The notes below the pieces were generated by a model. It searched no databases, was not told the origin of the DNA, and saw only the letters and a list, made by a program, of their open reading frames with translations. A DNA stretch of 64,000 nucleotides from Bilabrum cf. latius (Eukaryota). This document shows positions 11,899 to 23,900 of this stretch, in pieces. The stretch spans positions 62,001-126,000 of the forward strand of contig OZ237745.1 in the NCBI GenBank assembly GCA_965178125.1, given 5' to 3'. The stretch's first letter is position 1; each line of letters starts with the position of its first letter. Both the position numbers and the translations under genes were made by a program.

Positions 11899-14800
11899 AT
11901 GGCAGCCGCAGTCGGGGGAGAACCCGGTGCTGCTGTAAATCCCAATGGTCCTGGAGCCCAAGTTGCCGCTGCAACGGCATCTGGCACACCTGCTCTGCAG
12001 ATGGACACTGTCGGGCCGATTGTAAAGCAAAGATTTACGCAATTTTTGTAGAAGTGAGAGCAGCGCGCTTGGCGTGTTCTGTTCCATGCCTACCTGCATC
12101 GCAAGGTCAAACCTAGATGCCAGTTGAAACAGCAGGCCAGAATACTGGGAACAGATCGAAACAAAGCAGAGCCAGATCACGGCACGGATCCGTGTTGTAT
12201 GCGTCTAACTGTGCCCCTTGCTTCGATTTCATCGCGCAGCTTCACAGTTCGAGTGCGATACTCGGAACCGTCTGAATCAGGCGACGATCCATCCCAGCAT
12301 TCGACAGAAGACGTGCACGAATATTTGGAGCAGGTGGATGCAATGAAATAGCACGAACATCATACTCTGCAGGTCGATTTTAGGCACCTGGTCGCCCACG
12401 ATGAAATGCTCTCCTAGGTTATCTCCGACGACTACTACCGATACGACTGGTGGTTGCGGCAGGCTGCTTACGACGTAGTGAAGGCCCGGGCCCCCGATTT
12501 TGCTGACCAAGACACCGCTTAGAAGACGTTCTTCGTGTCATTCCACAACATGCCAGCGATCCTTCGGTGAGGAAGTCGCTCGTCCCCGCTGCGTGCACCG
12601 GCAGCACGCCAACCCTAAGCCCGCCTTGCCCGACTCATCCCATGCTCCAAGCGACTCTGCCTCACCCAGAAACAAGTCTTCTTCTTCCACTTTCCCTCAC
12701 GCAGAGTCCGAGAGCTGCGGGCCAGCCAGATCGGCCGCCTCTCCTCCTTCCGCGGCACAGTCACCCGGACCAGCGAGGTGCGCCCGGAGCTGCTCCTCGG
12801 CGTGTTCACGTGTGACGAGTGCAACACCCGGTCTGACCCGGTGGAGCAGCAGTTCAAGCTCACGACCCCTGCGCGATGCCGCAACCCCAGCTGCCCGAAC
12901 CGCACCCGGTTCCGCCTTGACCTGGACCGCTCCCGCTTCGTGGACTGGCAGAGAGTGCGCGTGCAGGAGAACTCGGATGAGATCCCCCCGGGGTCCATGC
13001 CCAGGTCCGTGGACGTGGTGCTGAGGCACGCGGCCGTGGACAGGGCCAAGGCGGGCGACCGCTGCGAGTTCACGGGGGCGCTCGTGGTGGTGCCTGACGT
13101 GTCGCAGCTCATGCGCGCGGGGCAGGCGCCCAGGGCACACACGAGGCCGGCGGGGTCCAAGCTGGGCGCGGGATCCGACGGAGTGACGGGGCTCAAGGAG
13201 CTGGGCGTGAGGGATCTGACCTACCGCACGGCCTTCGTGGCGTGCAGCTGCCGCAGGGAGCAGCAGGCTGGGCTGGGCTCCAGTGCCCTGGAGGACGACG
13301 AGGGCGAGGACGAGCTCGAGAGGATCCGGGCCGAGTTCCCGCCCAGCGAGAGGAAGGCCTTCCACGACCTGGCGGCCAAGCACAAGAGCTCTCTGTACCA
13401 GCGCATGACCTCGAGCGTGGCCCCGACAGTGTTCGGGCACGACGAGGTCAAGCGGGGCGTCCTGCTCATGATGCTGGGGGGCGTGCACAAGCGCACCTCG
13501 GAGGGCATGAGCCTGCGAGGGGACCTCAACGTGTGCGTGGTGGGAGACCCCTCCACGGCCAAGTCCCAGTTCCTCAAGTACACGCACAAGTTCCTGCCGC
13601 GGTGCGTCTACACGAGCGGCAAGGCCTCCAGCGCGGCAGGTCTCACCGCCTCGGTGGCCAAGGACCCCGAGACGGGCGAGTTCACCATCGAGGCGGGTGC
13701 TCTCATGCTGGCGGACCACGGCGTGTGCTGCATCGATGAGTTCGACAAGATGGACCCGGCGGACCAGGTGGCCATCCACGAGGCCATGGAGCAGCAGACC
13801 ATCTCCATCACCAAGGCAGGGATCCAGGCCACGCTCAACGCCCGGACCTCCATCCTCGCCGCTGCCAACCCGGTGCTCGGCAGGTATGACCGCTCCAAGA
13901 CCCTGCGTCAGAACGTGGGGATCAGCCCCCCGATCATGAGCAGGTTTGACTTGTTCTTCGTAGTGCTGGACGACTGCGACGAGGCCCAGGATCTGGCCAT
14001 CGCGAGACACATCGTGGACGTCCACCGGAGGCAGGCAGACGCGCTGCACCCGGACTTCGAGCCGGACTTCATGCGCAGGTACATCAGGTACGCCAAGACC
14101 ATCCAGCCCCAGCTGTCGGCAGAGGCGATGGAGACGCTGGTTGCGTGCTACCGCCGGCTGCGGCTGGGCGACGCCACCGGTTCCCAGCGGTCCTACCGCA
14201 TCACTGTTCGTCAGCTGGAGTCCATGGTGCGGCTCAGCGAAGCGCTGGCCAGGCTGCACCTGGAGCCCGTGGTGCGTGAGGAACACGCTCTGGAGGCTTA
14301 CCGGCTGCTGCAGAGGTCCATCATCCACGTGGACTCCGGGAGCGTGGAGCTGGAGGCGGCCGAGCCCACGGTCATGGGACAGGACTCGCCCGATGCCGGT
14401 GAGGAGGAGGGGGAGGGTGAGCGGGCCGACGAGGACGAGGACGAGGATGAGGATGGCGGCAAGGGCAAGGGCAAGCGCGGGGGCAAGCGTGACAAGAAGA
14501 GCCTGCAGCTGACGTACGACCAGTACTGGCGCATCGCACGTGCCCTGCAGCTGTACGTGCGATCCAGGGAGACCGCCGAGAACGGTGGGGCCATCCCTCA
14601 GTCTGACATGGTGAACTGGTACCTGGAGCAGCAGGCAGACGAGCTCGAGTCGGAGGAGGAGCTCGCCACGCAGCGCGTGCTGATCAACCGCGTGATCGGG
14701 CGCCTGATCGAGCACGAGGAGAGGCTCGTTGTGGTAAGGGCCGTGGACGTGCGGGCGAGGAGGGAGGGCGAGGGCAAGGAGGACGAGGACGAGGATGAGG

Positions 14801-14946
14801 AGGGGGCGGGTGCCGAGGGCGAAACTGCCTTCTCGTGGTTCACTGCGGCGGAGGCCAAGGCAGACGCGGAGGGGCGCGCCCTCGCCGAGTTGGAGCAGAG
14901 GCTCATCTCGGTGCACCCTGACGTGCCCGACGATGGGGAGCTTTGA
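11899..14946 (+). CDS. MCM6: DNA replication licensing factor MCM6
   Basis: Motifs RTSEVRPEL, Zn finger CDEC...CRNPSC, FVDWQRVRVQE, IPPGSMPRS, Walker A GDPSTAKSQFL, SGKASSAAGLTA, CCIDEFDKM, SRFDL and ITVRQLESMVRLSEA. Exons 11899-12053, 12240-12566 and 12705-14946. In-frame TAG at 12049, 12349, 12415 and 12520. Ends TGA. Confidence 0.97.
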
Positions 14947-15058
14947 GCAAGTACACGATTCTTATGTGTTCCTGCAATCTCTGAAATCCTGTCAATCAAA
15001 CCTATTGCAGGATCCTGATCCTAATGCGATGGGAGACCGTTCAGGGCCAGCCGCTGCA

Positions 15059-17377
15059 TCAATCGCTTCCGTTGCTTGACACCTCCTTGGCAAGGGCCCT
15101 CCCGATTCGCTCCTCCTCCGCTCGCATCCTGTCTCGCCAGCCGGCCATCCTCAAGTGCACCTCCCTCTGGAATTGCAGCATGCGGACCGAGAGGCACAGC
15201 GCACCGGTTGCAACCGCAAGGGCCCCGATCCCCAACCCTTTGGTGACACGCCACGCAGTGGAGTGCACGCCCCGAGACCTCGCCTGCGCGGCGGCTAGCC
15301 CTGCACCCATGAGCCCCACGGCGGGCAGCAGGAACCGCTCTCCCACCCCCTCCCCCCCGGCCTGAGTCAGTGCCGCTGCCCGCTCGGCAGAGACCCGTCC
15401 CCATCTCCGCCTCACACCATCCACGTGCGCGGCCCCCACCACCCCCAGCACCCTGCGCCCCGGGGCCGACCACAGCCTGTACGCCAGCAGCTCATCCCTC
15501 TCGTCCAACAGGGCGGCGTCCGCCATGACCGGCTGCTCCTCGATCACAGCGCGCTTGGTGACTGCGGGCACCTCAGGGTCTCGAGAGGCCGCCAGCAGAT
15601 CCACCGACTCGGCTACCGTCTGCCGCACGAGCACCCTAAGGGCCTGCAGGTCCATCAGACTGGGGGGCTGCTCCTGCAGGGCGCGCGCTGCACCCAGGGC
15701 CTCCTCCAGCGCTCGCTCCTGCTCTTGCACGTCGGCTTGTAGCTCCTCGTCGCTCCCCCGCCCAGTGGATCGAGCGTGCTGCTGGTTGCCTCCTCCTTCT
15801 CCTTCTCCGGAGCTGGCCCAATCGTCCTCACCCTACCCAACTCCCGCATCGATGGGCCTCCCAGCCTTGTGTTGTTGCTTCTCCTTCTCCTTCTCCTCCT
15901 CCTCCTTCTACTCTGCCTGCCTCGCACCGCTCTCTAGCCTCTCCAGCACTGCCTGCTGCCCTTCGATGAAGCCCTCCCACGCGCGCACCTTGTCCTCCAG
16001 AGCAGCAAGGGCCACAGAGAGAGACCCTTCAGAGCTGCTGCTTACCCGACTGCCACCGGTTGGATCAGTGCTGCTGCTGCTGCTGCTGCTGCTATTGCTG
16101 CCCGGCACGCTAACGAGAGGCAGGTCCAGCAGCCCCTGCTGCGCCGCTCGTGGTGCGTTTGCCGGTAGTACCTGCATTCTCTCGGCATCCAGCTCACGCG
16201 CGCGATGCTCCAGCGCTGCTGGCCAAGCAGGTTCGGCAATTGAGTTTGATGATTGCGATTCCGAGGCGACGCTAGCCCCCTGCGCGTTTGAGGAACCTGC
16301 TGCTCCTGTGCTGCTGCTTGCTTGCTCCCGAAGCACAACCGAGGCCTCCCGCAGCAGTGCCAGCTCCAGCTTCTGTCTCTCTAGCTGCACCGCCGCCTGT
16401 CTGGCATTGAACCTCGCACGCCTGCCGGAAAGGTCCCCTGAGCTACCCCCGTGCGTGCTCTACGTGCTCATTCCTTCCAACTCGGCCTGTGCCAAGGCGC
16501 CCCCTTGAGCCGCCGCCCTGCGCCTTGCCCGCGCTGCCCCCAGCAGTCGCTCCCTCCGCCCCTCCCCAAGCCGCTCTACCTCGGCCAGGGCCTGCACCAG
16601 CGAGCCCTCGGCCAGGGCGCCACGCGAGGACGAGGAGGACGCGGCCCGCAGTGAGCTGGTCCTCGAGTCGTGGCCCGCAGCGTGCCAATAGAGCGCCGAG
16701 CGGATTCTGTTCCTCGCGACGGCGTCGGCCCCCAGCACGGCGCGCGTCCCCTCCCCTAGCGATGCGTCCCGGACTGCGCTTTCAGCACACAGAGCCGCGG
16801 CCCGGCGCGTGTCGCCAGCGAGGACAGCGATGGCAAACTGCAGCTTTTCCTGGCTATTGAGCCTGCGGGCTTCTCCGAAGATCAGCTGCATGGCGCCCAG
16901 GGTGCTGCGCGCGGCGGTGACGCGCGGGTGCCTGTCTAGCAGCACCAGGTCCGTCTCGCGGTGGCGAGCCACCTCTATGCCCGCGACCATGTCCGCACCG
17001 TAGTCGCCATCAGCTGCGGCTGTCAGTCCAGCAGATTGCTCAGCCAGGCTTCCGAACGCAAGAAGCATTGTGGGGTCGGACAGCATGAATGAAGGCGGCT
17101 CGTCCCCCACCCCGGGCTGTGGGGCCGGAAATACATCCGGTGCGACTGCGTGCGCCCGGCTTCCGTCCAATTCTATCGCGACACAGTCTGGCTAGAAACT
17201 TTCAGACGCCCACGCAATTCCACGCATCTGCTCTTTGTCACAAGCGTGTGAGGTGCCCAGAAGCAGCACTTTGCCACCGTCCTGCTTTTCAAATTCGGCG
17301 ACTTTTGCGACACCATCAAGTCCTTCCAGCCGATCTACAGTTTTGCTCGAACTTGATTCCGAATGGCTGTCAGACAT
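15059..17377 (-). CDS. TraB/PrgY-family (TRABD-like) protein with a large low-complexity insertion and C-terminal hydrophobic segments
   Basis: Motifs VLLLGTSH, [TAG]PDCVAIELD..R, GADMVAGIEVA...LVLLDR...T..R, LLDERDELLA and VLGVVGAAHVDGV. One frame with TAG at 17192, 16460, 15908 and ~15833. Ends TGA at 15059. Confidence 0.85.
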
Positions 17378-17504
17378 GTCTCCAATAGGCAGCAAATGGG
17401 GCAAAATTGAGAATGTGATTGAATTCACTCGTCACATGCTGCGGCGCCACGGCCTTCGAATCGGCCCTTCGTCGACGCTCCTCAAGGTCCATTTTTTGGC
17501 CGAC

Positions 17505-19852
17505 ATGGCATTCGCAAAGTTCTCTCTCGGTGATGATGCCGAGGGTGCATCGACAAGTTTGTTTGGAGGAGGTGCAATGACCAGCGAAGGGTCCGTTCCA
17601 TTCGCTTTCGGGGGGAACGATTCAGTTGCCGCTGATGGCGGTGCTGGCGAGACGAAGGAGGCCCCCGCTCCTGCCATAGACTACAGCCCGGGATCAGAGG
17701 CGCCGAATAAGCTCGAACTCTTAGCAGCTGCGTCTGGTGAGGGATTTAGGTTCCAGATTCGCCCCGTCAATCGCGTTCGGTGATTCCCAGCTGATGCCAT
17801 CATGCATGATTCCCCCCCCGCCAGCTGCAGACCCCCAGCTGGCCGACATTCGAGCAGCAGTTGATGGACTCCGTGTGCTTGCCGGCATCGAGACTGTAAT
17901 CGTTGAGCCGTGCGCTGATGCCGCCACGCTCTCCAGCTCTGTCGAGGCCAAGTTTGCAGACCAGGTGAGAGGCTCCTCTCTCTGTGGCAAGGCCCACCAA
18001 GCTTCGTCCATTTCCTTACACTGCACGCCATCTCCATTCATTTTCCTACTGCTCGCAGCCGTGGCTCTCATCAGCGACAGCCCGCATCGCCGAAGGAGCC
18101 TCGGCAATTCTGGTGGTGGACGGCGGCCGCGGGGTGGTGCAGGGCTCCGAGGAGGTGCTCACCTACGTACGGACTGCGTTCAGCCGATCACTGTCCAGCT
18201 CTCGCCGTGTCACCCACGAGGACGGGCAGGCGGACGGCAGCGCCTTCGATTACGACCTGTTCGTGATCGGGGGAGGCTCCGGCGGCATCGCCTGCGCCAA
18301 GGAGGCCGCTCGGCTGGGGGCCCGGGTGGCGCTGGCAGATTTCGTGAAACCCTCGTGGCAGAACACGCGCTGGGGGCTGGGCGGCACCTGCGTGAACGTG
18401 GGCTGCATCCCCAAGAAGCTCATGCACACGGCGGCCATCATGGGTGAGGCACGGCACGAGGCGAGGCACTTCGGGTGGGATCCAGTGCCTGGGGCACACG
18501 GGGCCGGGGCCGGGGGCGAGGGACAGGCGCCCATGTCCTTCGGGGCACCTGCCACGCACGATGCCAAGGCCGTCAGGGGGCAGCACTCGTGGGAGAAGCT
18601 GGTCGAGGCGGTGCAGAACCACATCGCGAGCCTCAACTTCGGGTACAAGAACGATCTGAGGTCCAAGGGGGTCTCCTACAAGAACGCGCTGGCCACCTTT
18701 CAGGACGCACACACCGTGGAGCTGGTCAACAAGCAGCGCAAGCGGTCCACCGCAACCTCCGCCAGGTTCGTGGTGGCGGTGGGCGGCAGGCCCCGCCCCC
18801 TGTCCTGTCCCGGCCACGAGCTGACCATCAGCTCGGACGACCTCTTCTCTCTAGACGAGGCCCCCGGCCGCACCTGCGTGGTGGGGGCTGGCTACGTGGC
18901 CCTCGAGTCCGCCGGACTGCTCGCCGGGCTGGGGTACGACGTGGTGGTGCTGGTTCGGTCCATCCTGCTGCGGGGGTTCGACAGAGAGGCCGCGGATGCG
19001 ATCCGGGCGGACCTGGAGGCGAGGGGCGTGCGCTTCATAGTGGGTGCCACGCCCCTCAATGTGGAGGAGGCCAAGGAGGAGGAGGAGAAAGGGGCCGCGT
19101 CAAGCGCGTCGAGCGGGGCGGGTGGATCCGCAGGGGAGGGCGAGGGTCGGCTGCAGGTCACCTGGAAGGACCCCGCGTCGGGGGAGGAGGTCACGGAGCG
19201 GTTTGGCACGGTGCTGGCCGCCGCGGGCCGTATCGCAGACACGCGGTCCCTCGGTCTGGACAAGGTGGGGGTTGTGCCTGCGAAGAACGGCAAGCTGGAC
19301 TGCGAGGACGAGCAGACGAGCGTGCCGAATATCTACGCAGTGGGTGACGTGGTGAACGGCAAGCCTGAGCTGACCCCCGTGGCCATCATGGCGGGCAAGC
19401 TGCTGTCCAGGAGGCTGTTCGGGGAGGGTCCCGGGCGCGCGATGGACTACGAGCTGGTGCCCACCACCGTGTTCACCCCGCTCGAGTACGGGACCATCGG
19501 GCTGAGCGAGGAGGACGCGATCGAGAGGCACGGGGAGGATGCCGTGGAGGTGTACCACAGCAAGTATCACCCCCTCGAGTGGACCGTGGTGGAGGAGAGG
19601 GAGGCCAGCCTGGCCCAGGCCAAGCTCATCGTGCTCAAGAAGGAGGGAGAGAGGGTCATCGGGTTCCACTACCTGGGCCCCCACGCGGGCGAGGTCACGC
19701 AGGGCTTCGCGACTGCCATGCGGCTCGGGTGCACGAGGCAGGACCTCCTCGAGACGGTGGGCATCCACCCCACCTCTGCGGAGGAGTTCACCATCCTGGG
19801 CGTCAGCAAGAGCAGCGGCGAGGACGCCCAGAAATCGGGGTGCTGAGGTTAA
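17505..19852 (+). CDS. TXNRD: High-Mr (animal-type) thioredoxin reductase, selenoprotein with C-terminal Gly-Cys-Sec-Gly
   Basis: Motifs YDLFVIGGGSGG, GGTCVNVGCIPKKLMH, GAGYVALE, PELTPVAI, VPTTVFTPLEYG and GIHPT..EEF. Ends GGG TGC TGA GGT TAA (TGA 19844-19846, TAA 19850-19852). Predicted exons 17505-17736, 17831-17964 and 18059-19852; the 5' exons are less certain. Confidence 0.95.
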
Positions 19853-20611
19853 GCCCCCCGGCCCGTGAGGGTCCCGAGTGCCTCTGGTGAGTGCAGTGAG
19901 TGTTAACAGTGAGAGAGGTGCCTGCTGGTGGTTGCGGCGCGTGTTGTTGTTGTCTGCGTGATAGAGTGGGCCACAGTGTGAGGAGAGGGATGGAAGCTCG
20001 CTCGGTGAGCGGGGGCGCGATGCACTGCATTGTGCTGCCGCCTCGCCTGGCCGATTTCTTCACCTTCTTCTCGCCTGTCCATTCACAGCAGACACACACG
20101 CGCCCCGCCCCGCCAGCGGGTGTCTCTCGAGCTGCACTGCATTGCACCATGGGTGTGCTCAGGACCAAAGGACGGTAGTCGGGGGGCTGGAAAGTCGCGC
20201 CCTGTCGGGAGGAACTGCCCTGTTGTTCTCTCTTGTTCCCTCCCTTGCCCTGCCCGCCTCCTTTTTCGCCCTGCACGTGCATCTGGCAGAGCACCGTTAT
20301 TTTGGTGCCTGGCTGTAAACGCCGCGGGGTGATTAAAGGTGACGGGGTGTGGGAGGGGGGACTAGAAGCAGCGGGGTGGTTGGAGGTGGGAAGGAGAAGG
20401 CGCGCCCCCGGGATGTGCATCGCATGGCGGTGCATCCCGGCGGGGGCAGCGGAAGCGTGTCACCCAGTGTGGGTGGCTCGCGCTTGGTGGTGTGTGCGCA
20501 TGTGTGGTGGGGTAAGGTCGGGTTTAGGTAGTGGTACCGTGCATCGAGGGGCTCTGTTCCCTCACGCTCTGCCCCTGCCTCAGTCCTGCCTGTGCCCCGT
20601 CCTCGTGCTGG

Positions 20612-20677
20612 CGGTGCCTTATGACGGCCCTGGCTGTAATGGCGCTTTTTGGCGCTTAGCCTTGGCCTGAAGGTGGG
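20612..20677 (+). promoter_or_regulatory. SECIS element (type II) in the TrxR 3' UTR
   Basis: ATGAC core at 20621 and 3' TGAA at 20668. Helix II pairs GGCC-CT-GGCTG with TAGCC-TT-GGCC. Unpaired AA at 20638-20639, followed by the apical mini-stem GGCGC-TTTTTG-GCGCT. Confidence 0.85.
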
Positions 20678-20965
20678 TCTTCGGACCTAGTCGCAGCATT
20701 TGCAAGTCATGTGCTCATTTCCACTCATTTTGCGTTGTACCGTAACTTGTGCAATCATACACGTGCGACCATATCAGCATGCGCGCGCAACGTTGTGCGA
20801 TCGACCAAAATAGAAGAAGAACAATCATGGAACCGAAACACAAACTCTCCTACTTTTACCGGGTCGCTAGCGTAGAAATATTCTTCTGGTTCCCTGTGGC
20901 TCCTGCGCGTAGATCGCGAGTCCCAGCACATTTCGAAGTGCTGCTAAGAACTCCAAAGCTGTGGA

Positions 20966-23900
20966 GCCATGTTTGCAAGCTAGTCGACAGCATTGGGAGA
21001 GAATTCCAAGGGGCCCCTCGATTTGATCTTGGAGTCTCTCTATGGTTTTGCCTATGTTATGTCCAAAGAGATGACGGTGGAATAGAGAGCATACTTAGTG
21101 TTCATTACGATTGACGCGTTGCAGGTGAGAGAATCCCAGCGGGTGCCGCTCCTCGCACACGGAGGAAGCCGTTGATTCCTAATCGAACCAACGGTCAGAC
21201 CAAAACAAGCACAAGAAATACCGTTCATAACACTTCATCCTGCGCTACTATTTTGTTTTATCGTGCGCAGTTCTACAATTTCCCGGTGAATAGCTCGTTG
21301 TGGGAAGGCGGAGACTCGGCCGGTATTCCACCCCTCGCGACAGTTCTGGACGTCCTCAGCGGAGACTTTGTCGCAAGGTCCAGCTTGTTCACGCTTTATG
21401 TTGTCCTATTAGTAGCATCCACGCTTTGGACGTCCCTTTTCGTGGCCGCGAGCTGTTACGTTGGTGAGAATCCTCACGTTGTGTACTACGCCCATCATAT
21501 GCTCCTTGTTTGGCTGATACGGTGTTCGCAAGCTCCATGCAACCCATGATGCAAATAAGTTTGATTTTAGTCCAAATTCATTTTGGTTTGGAATCACTGC
21601 TCCACCGCTTTCCATCGATTGCAGCGTGGTGCTTCATCACGAAAGCGCCCCAATCTGGCATCGTGCTCAAGGGCCTCAGATCGGTGGCGACCTTGACGAC
21701 CACAACTCTATTCCTGCCGTTTACGACTGTGATGGCCAGGGCACTCGGGTGCCCGGGCGTGGAAGCCCCCGCCGAGTCTGGCTCGCTGGATGGCTTCTCG
21801 TGGATCGGCACGGGCTGGCAGTGCGATGCCGCCGGCCCGATCATCATCCGTATTTTCATCAGCGCCGTCCTGCTCGTGTTCGCGGTGCTCAGCGTGTTCA
21901 TTACGGCCGTGTTCATCGACCGGAACCCGGCCTCTGCGTCGTGGAGCGCCAAGAGCCACGGGCGGGTGGACGCTGTGGTGCTCGTGATCAAGGTAGTGCT
22001 GGTGCTCTGCTTCACCGTGTTCCGGGATGTGCTGCTCGACTCGTGGGTGCTCACCGCCATCCTCTACCTCTCGGGTCTCACGTGGGCCGTCCTCATGTTC
22101 AGGCAGATGCCGTACGTGCACGCGGGTGTCAACGGCATGCAGACCGGGTTTGCAGCCGTCTTCGTCTGGTCCACGGTGGCGCTGACTCTGCACAAGTATG
22201 CCAACTACGGAGACCTCAGCGTGCTCTTCTACATCGGTTGCGGGCTGTCCTACTGCCTTGGTTTCCTGGCCGTGTACGCCCGGGAGCACTATATCGCCAT
22301 GCTGCCGCTGGAGGAGTGCTCCAGGGTGGTGCACCTCGACGTGTGGGCCAGGCACCGCATGCAGGACTTCGCGCAGAGCAGGATGTAGTCGGGGGGTGCG
22401 GTGGCGGTGCTGAGCGACAGGGCATAGCGCAGGGGCAACAGGGGCAATGACGGTGGTGCAGGTGGCGGTGGGACGTTCCTCATGCAGCTGGGTGGTCAGC
22501 TAATGGGCCTGGCAGAGTCGTCCACCTCTGGGGGGTTGAACGGCTCCCACAAGCGTGCCGCTTCTGGTAGTGGAGGAGGCAGTCGTACGAAACACAAGGG
22601 AGCGGGCGCAAGGGACCGCTCCGGTGCTGGGCGTGGTGACGACACAGACGCCTCTCGGTCTGCAGGGGAGCAGGGCTTGCACGAGAGCTCTGATGATGAG
22701 GTGGAGGACGAGGACGAGCGGGCGGTGCTCCTGGCCCAGCGCAGGGCCGCAGCTTCGGCTGCTCCTCGTCTGGGTCTGGACACTGGTGCGGCGCTCATTG
22801 CCGGAGGAGAAGGGCTTGCTTCCTCTGCGGACCTCGGGGGGAACATCGATGCTGACACGCTCTACGGGCAGCGGCTGCTCCACAAGGCGTACTCCAACCC
22901 ACGGAGGAGGCTCGAAGAGCAGCGGCTGTACGCAGCCGAGCGAGCCTACCGCCACATGGTCATGCACCACGCGCAGAACCCCATGAGCCACGTGCTGGCA
23001 GCCGAGTTCTACCGCTCCTTCTACCCAGAGAACAACTTCGCCGAGGCACAGTGCCTATCTGCAGCCAGGCTGAGGCAGCCCGGGCTGGACGTGGCCTTCT
23101 TCATCTACCAGCGCACCAGGGCGCTGCGGGAGGGAGCTGACTCGAGCAAGCTGTCTGCGCTGGACCGCGTGATCTTCGAATCGCTGGCCAAGCAGGCGCA
23201 GGAGAGCAAGATCGCGGCACAGCGCAGCATCCTCAAGCTGTGGGAGCACCTGTCGCAGAGCCATCCGCGGGTGGGTGACCTTGTGGGAGTCAGCGTGGAG
23301 ATTGAGCAGTCTCTAGCTCGCACAGAGGGTCTGTACAAGACCATGATGCAGCTGAACTCGGGAGCGCTCGTGGCCCGCAACTACGCCGAGTTCCTTCTCG
23401 AGCTGAGGAACGACCCAATGCCCGCCATGGAGTGAGTCTGCTGCTCTGACCTAACCATGCAACCCTTTGCCATGCTACCTTTTCTTTTCGTACACTCAAC
23501 TGCCAGGGATCCTATAATGCTTCCTTCAGTCTCCTGTTTACACCCCCCCTCGCTCTATCCCGCAGGCTGTTCAACAAGGCCGACCGCATCGAGGAGAGGC
23601 ACACTCGGCAGCGGCAAAAGGCAGTCAAACACGTGGTGCTGGGCGCGCCTGCTCCTGATGTGGACCAGCTGGACGATTCTGCCGCCAGTCTCACCGTCAG
23701 CGCTTCGGACAGCAGCCTGGGTGAGATCCTGTCAGCCTCTCCAGCGGCCTGTCGACTCTTCGGGCACTCGAGCACGAGCTAGATCGTGGGACTGCCTGTG
23801 CTATCGCTGCTGCCGGAGCCTGTCCGCACCTTGTGGTAGAGGCGAGTGCACTCCATGGTGCGGCTGGGCTTCTCACCGAACCTAAATCGCACCGAAGTGA

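Noticed and set aside
12697-14916. Long antisense or alternative-frame ORFs (12697..14916 -, 9091..10419 +, 29108..30802 +, 60603..62222 + and others)
   Set aside because: These are shadow ORFs expected opposite GC3-rich genes and show no recognisable motifs.
23433-23435. Apparent in-frame TGA in the Tmc-like gene (possible Sec or UGA readthrough)
   Set aside because: It is part of the GTGAGT splice donor at 23432. Splicing to the CAG acceptor at 23565 restores the frame.
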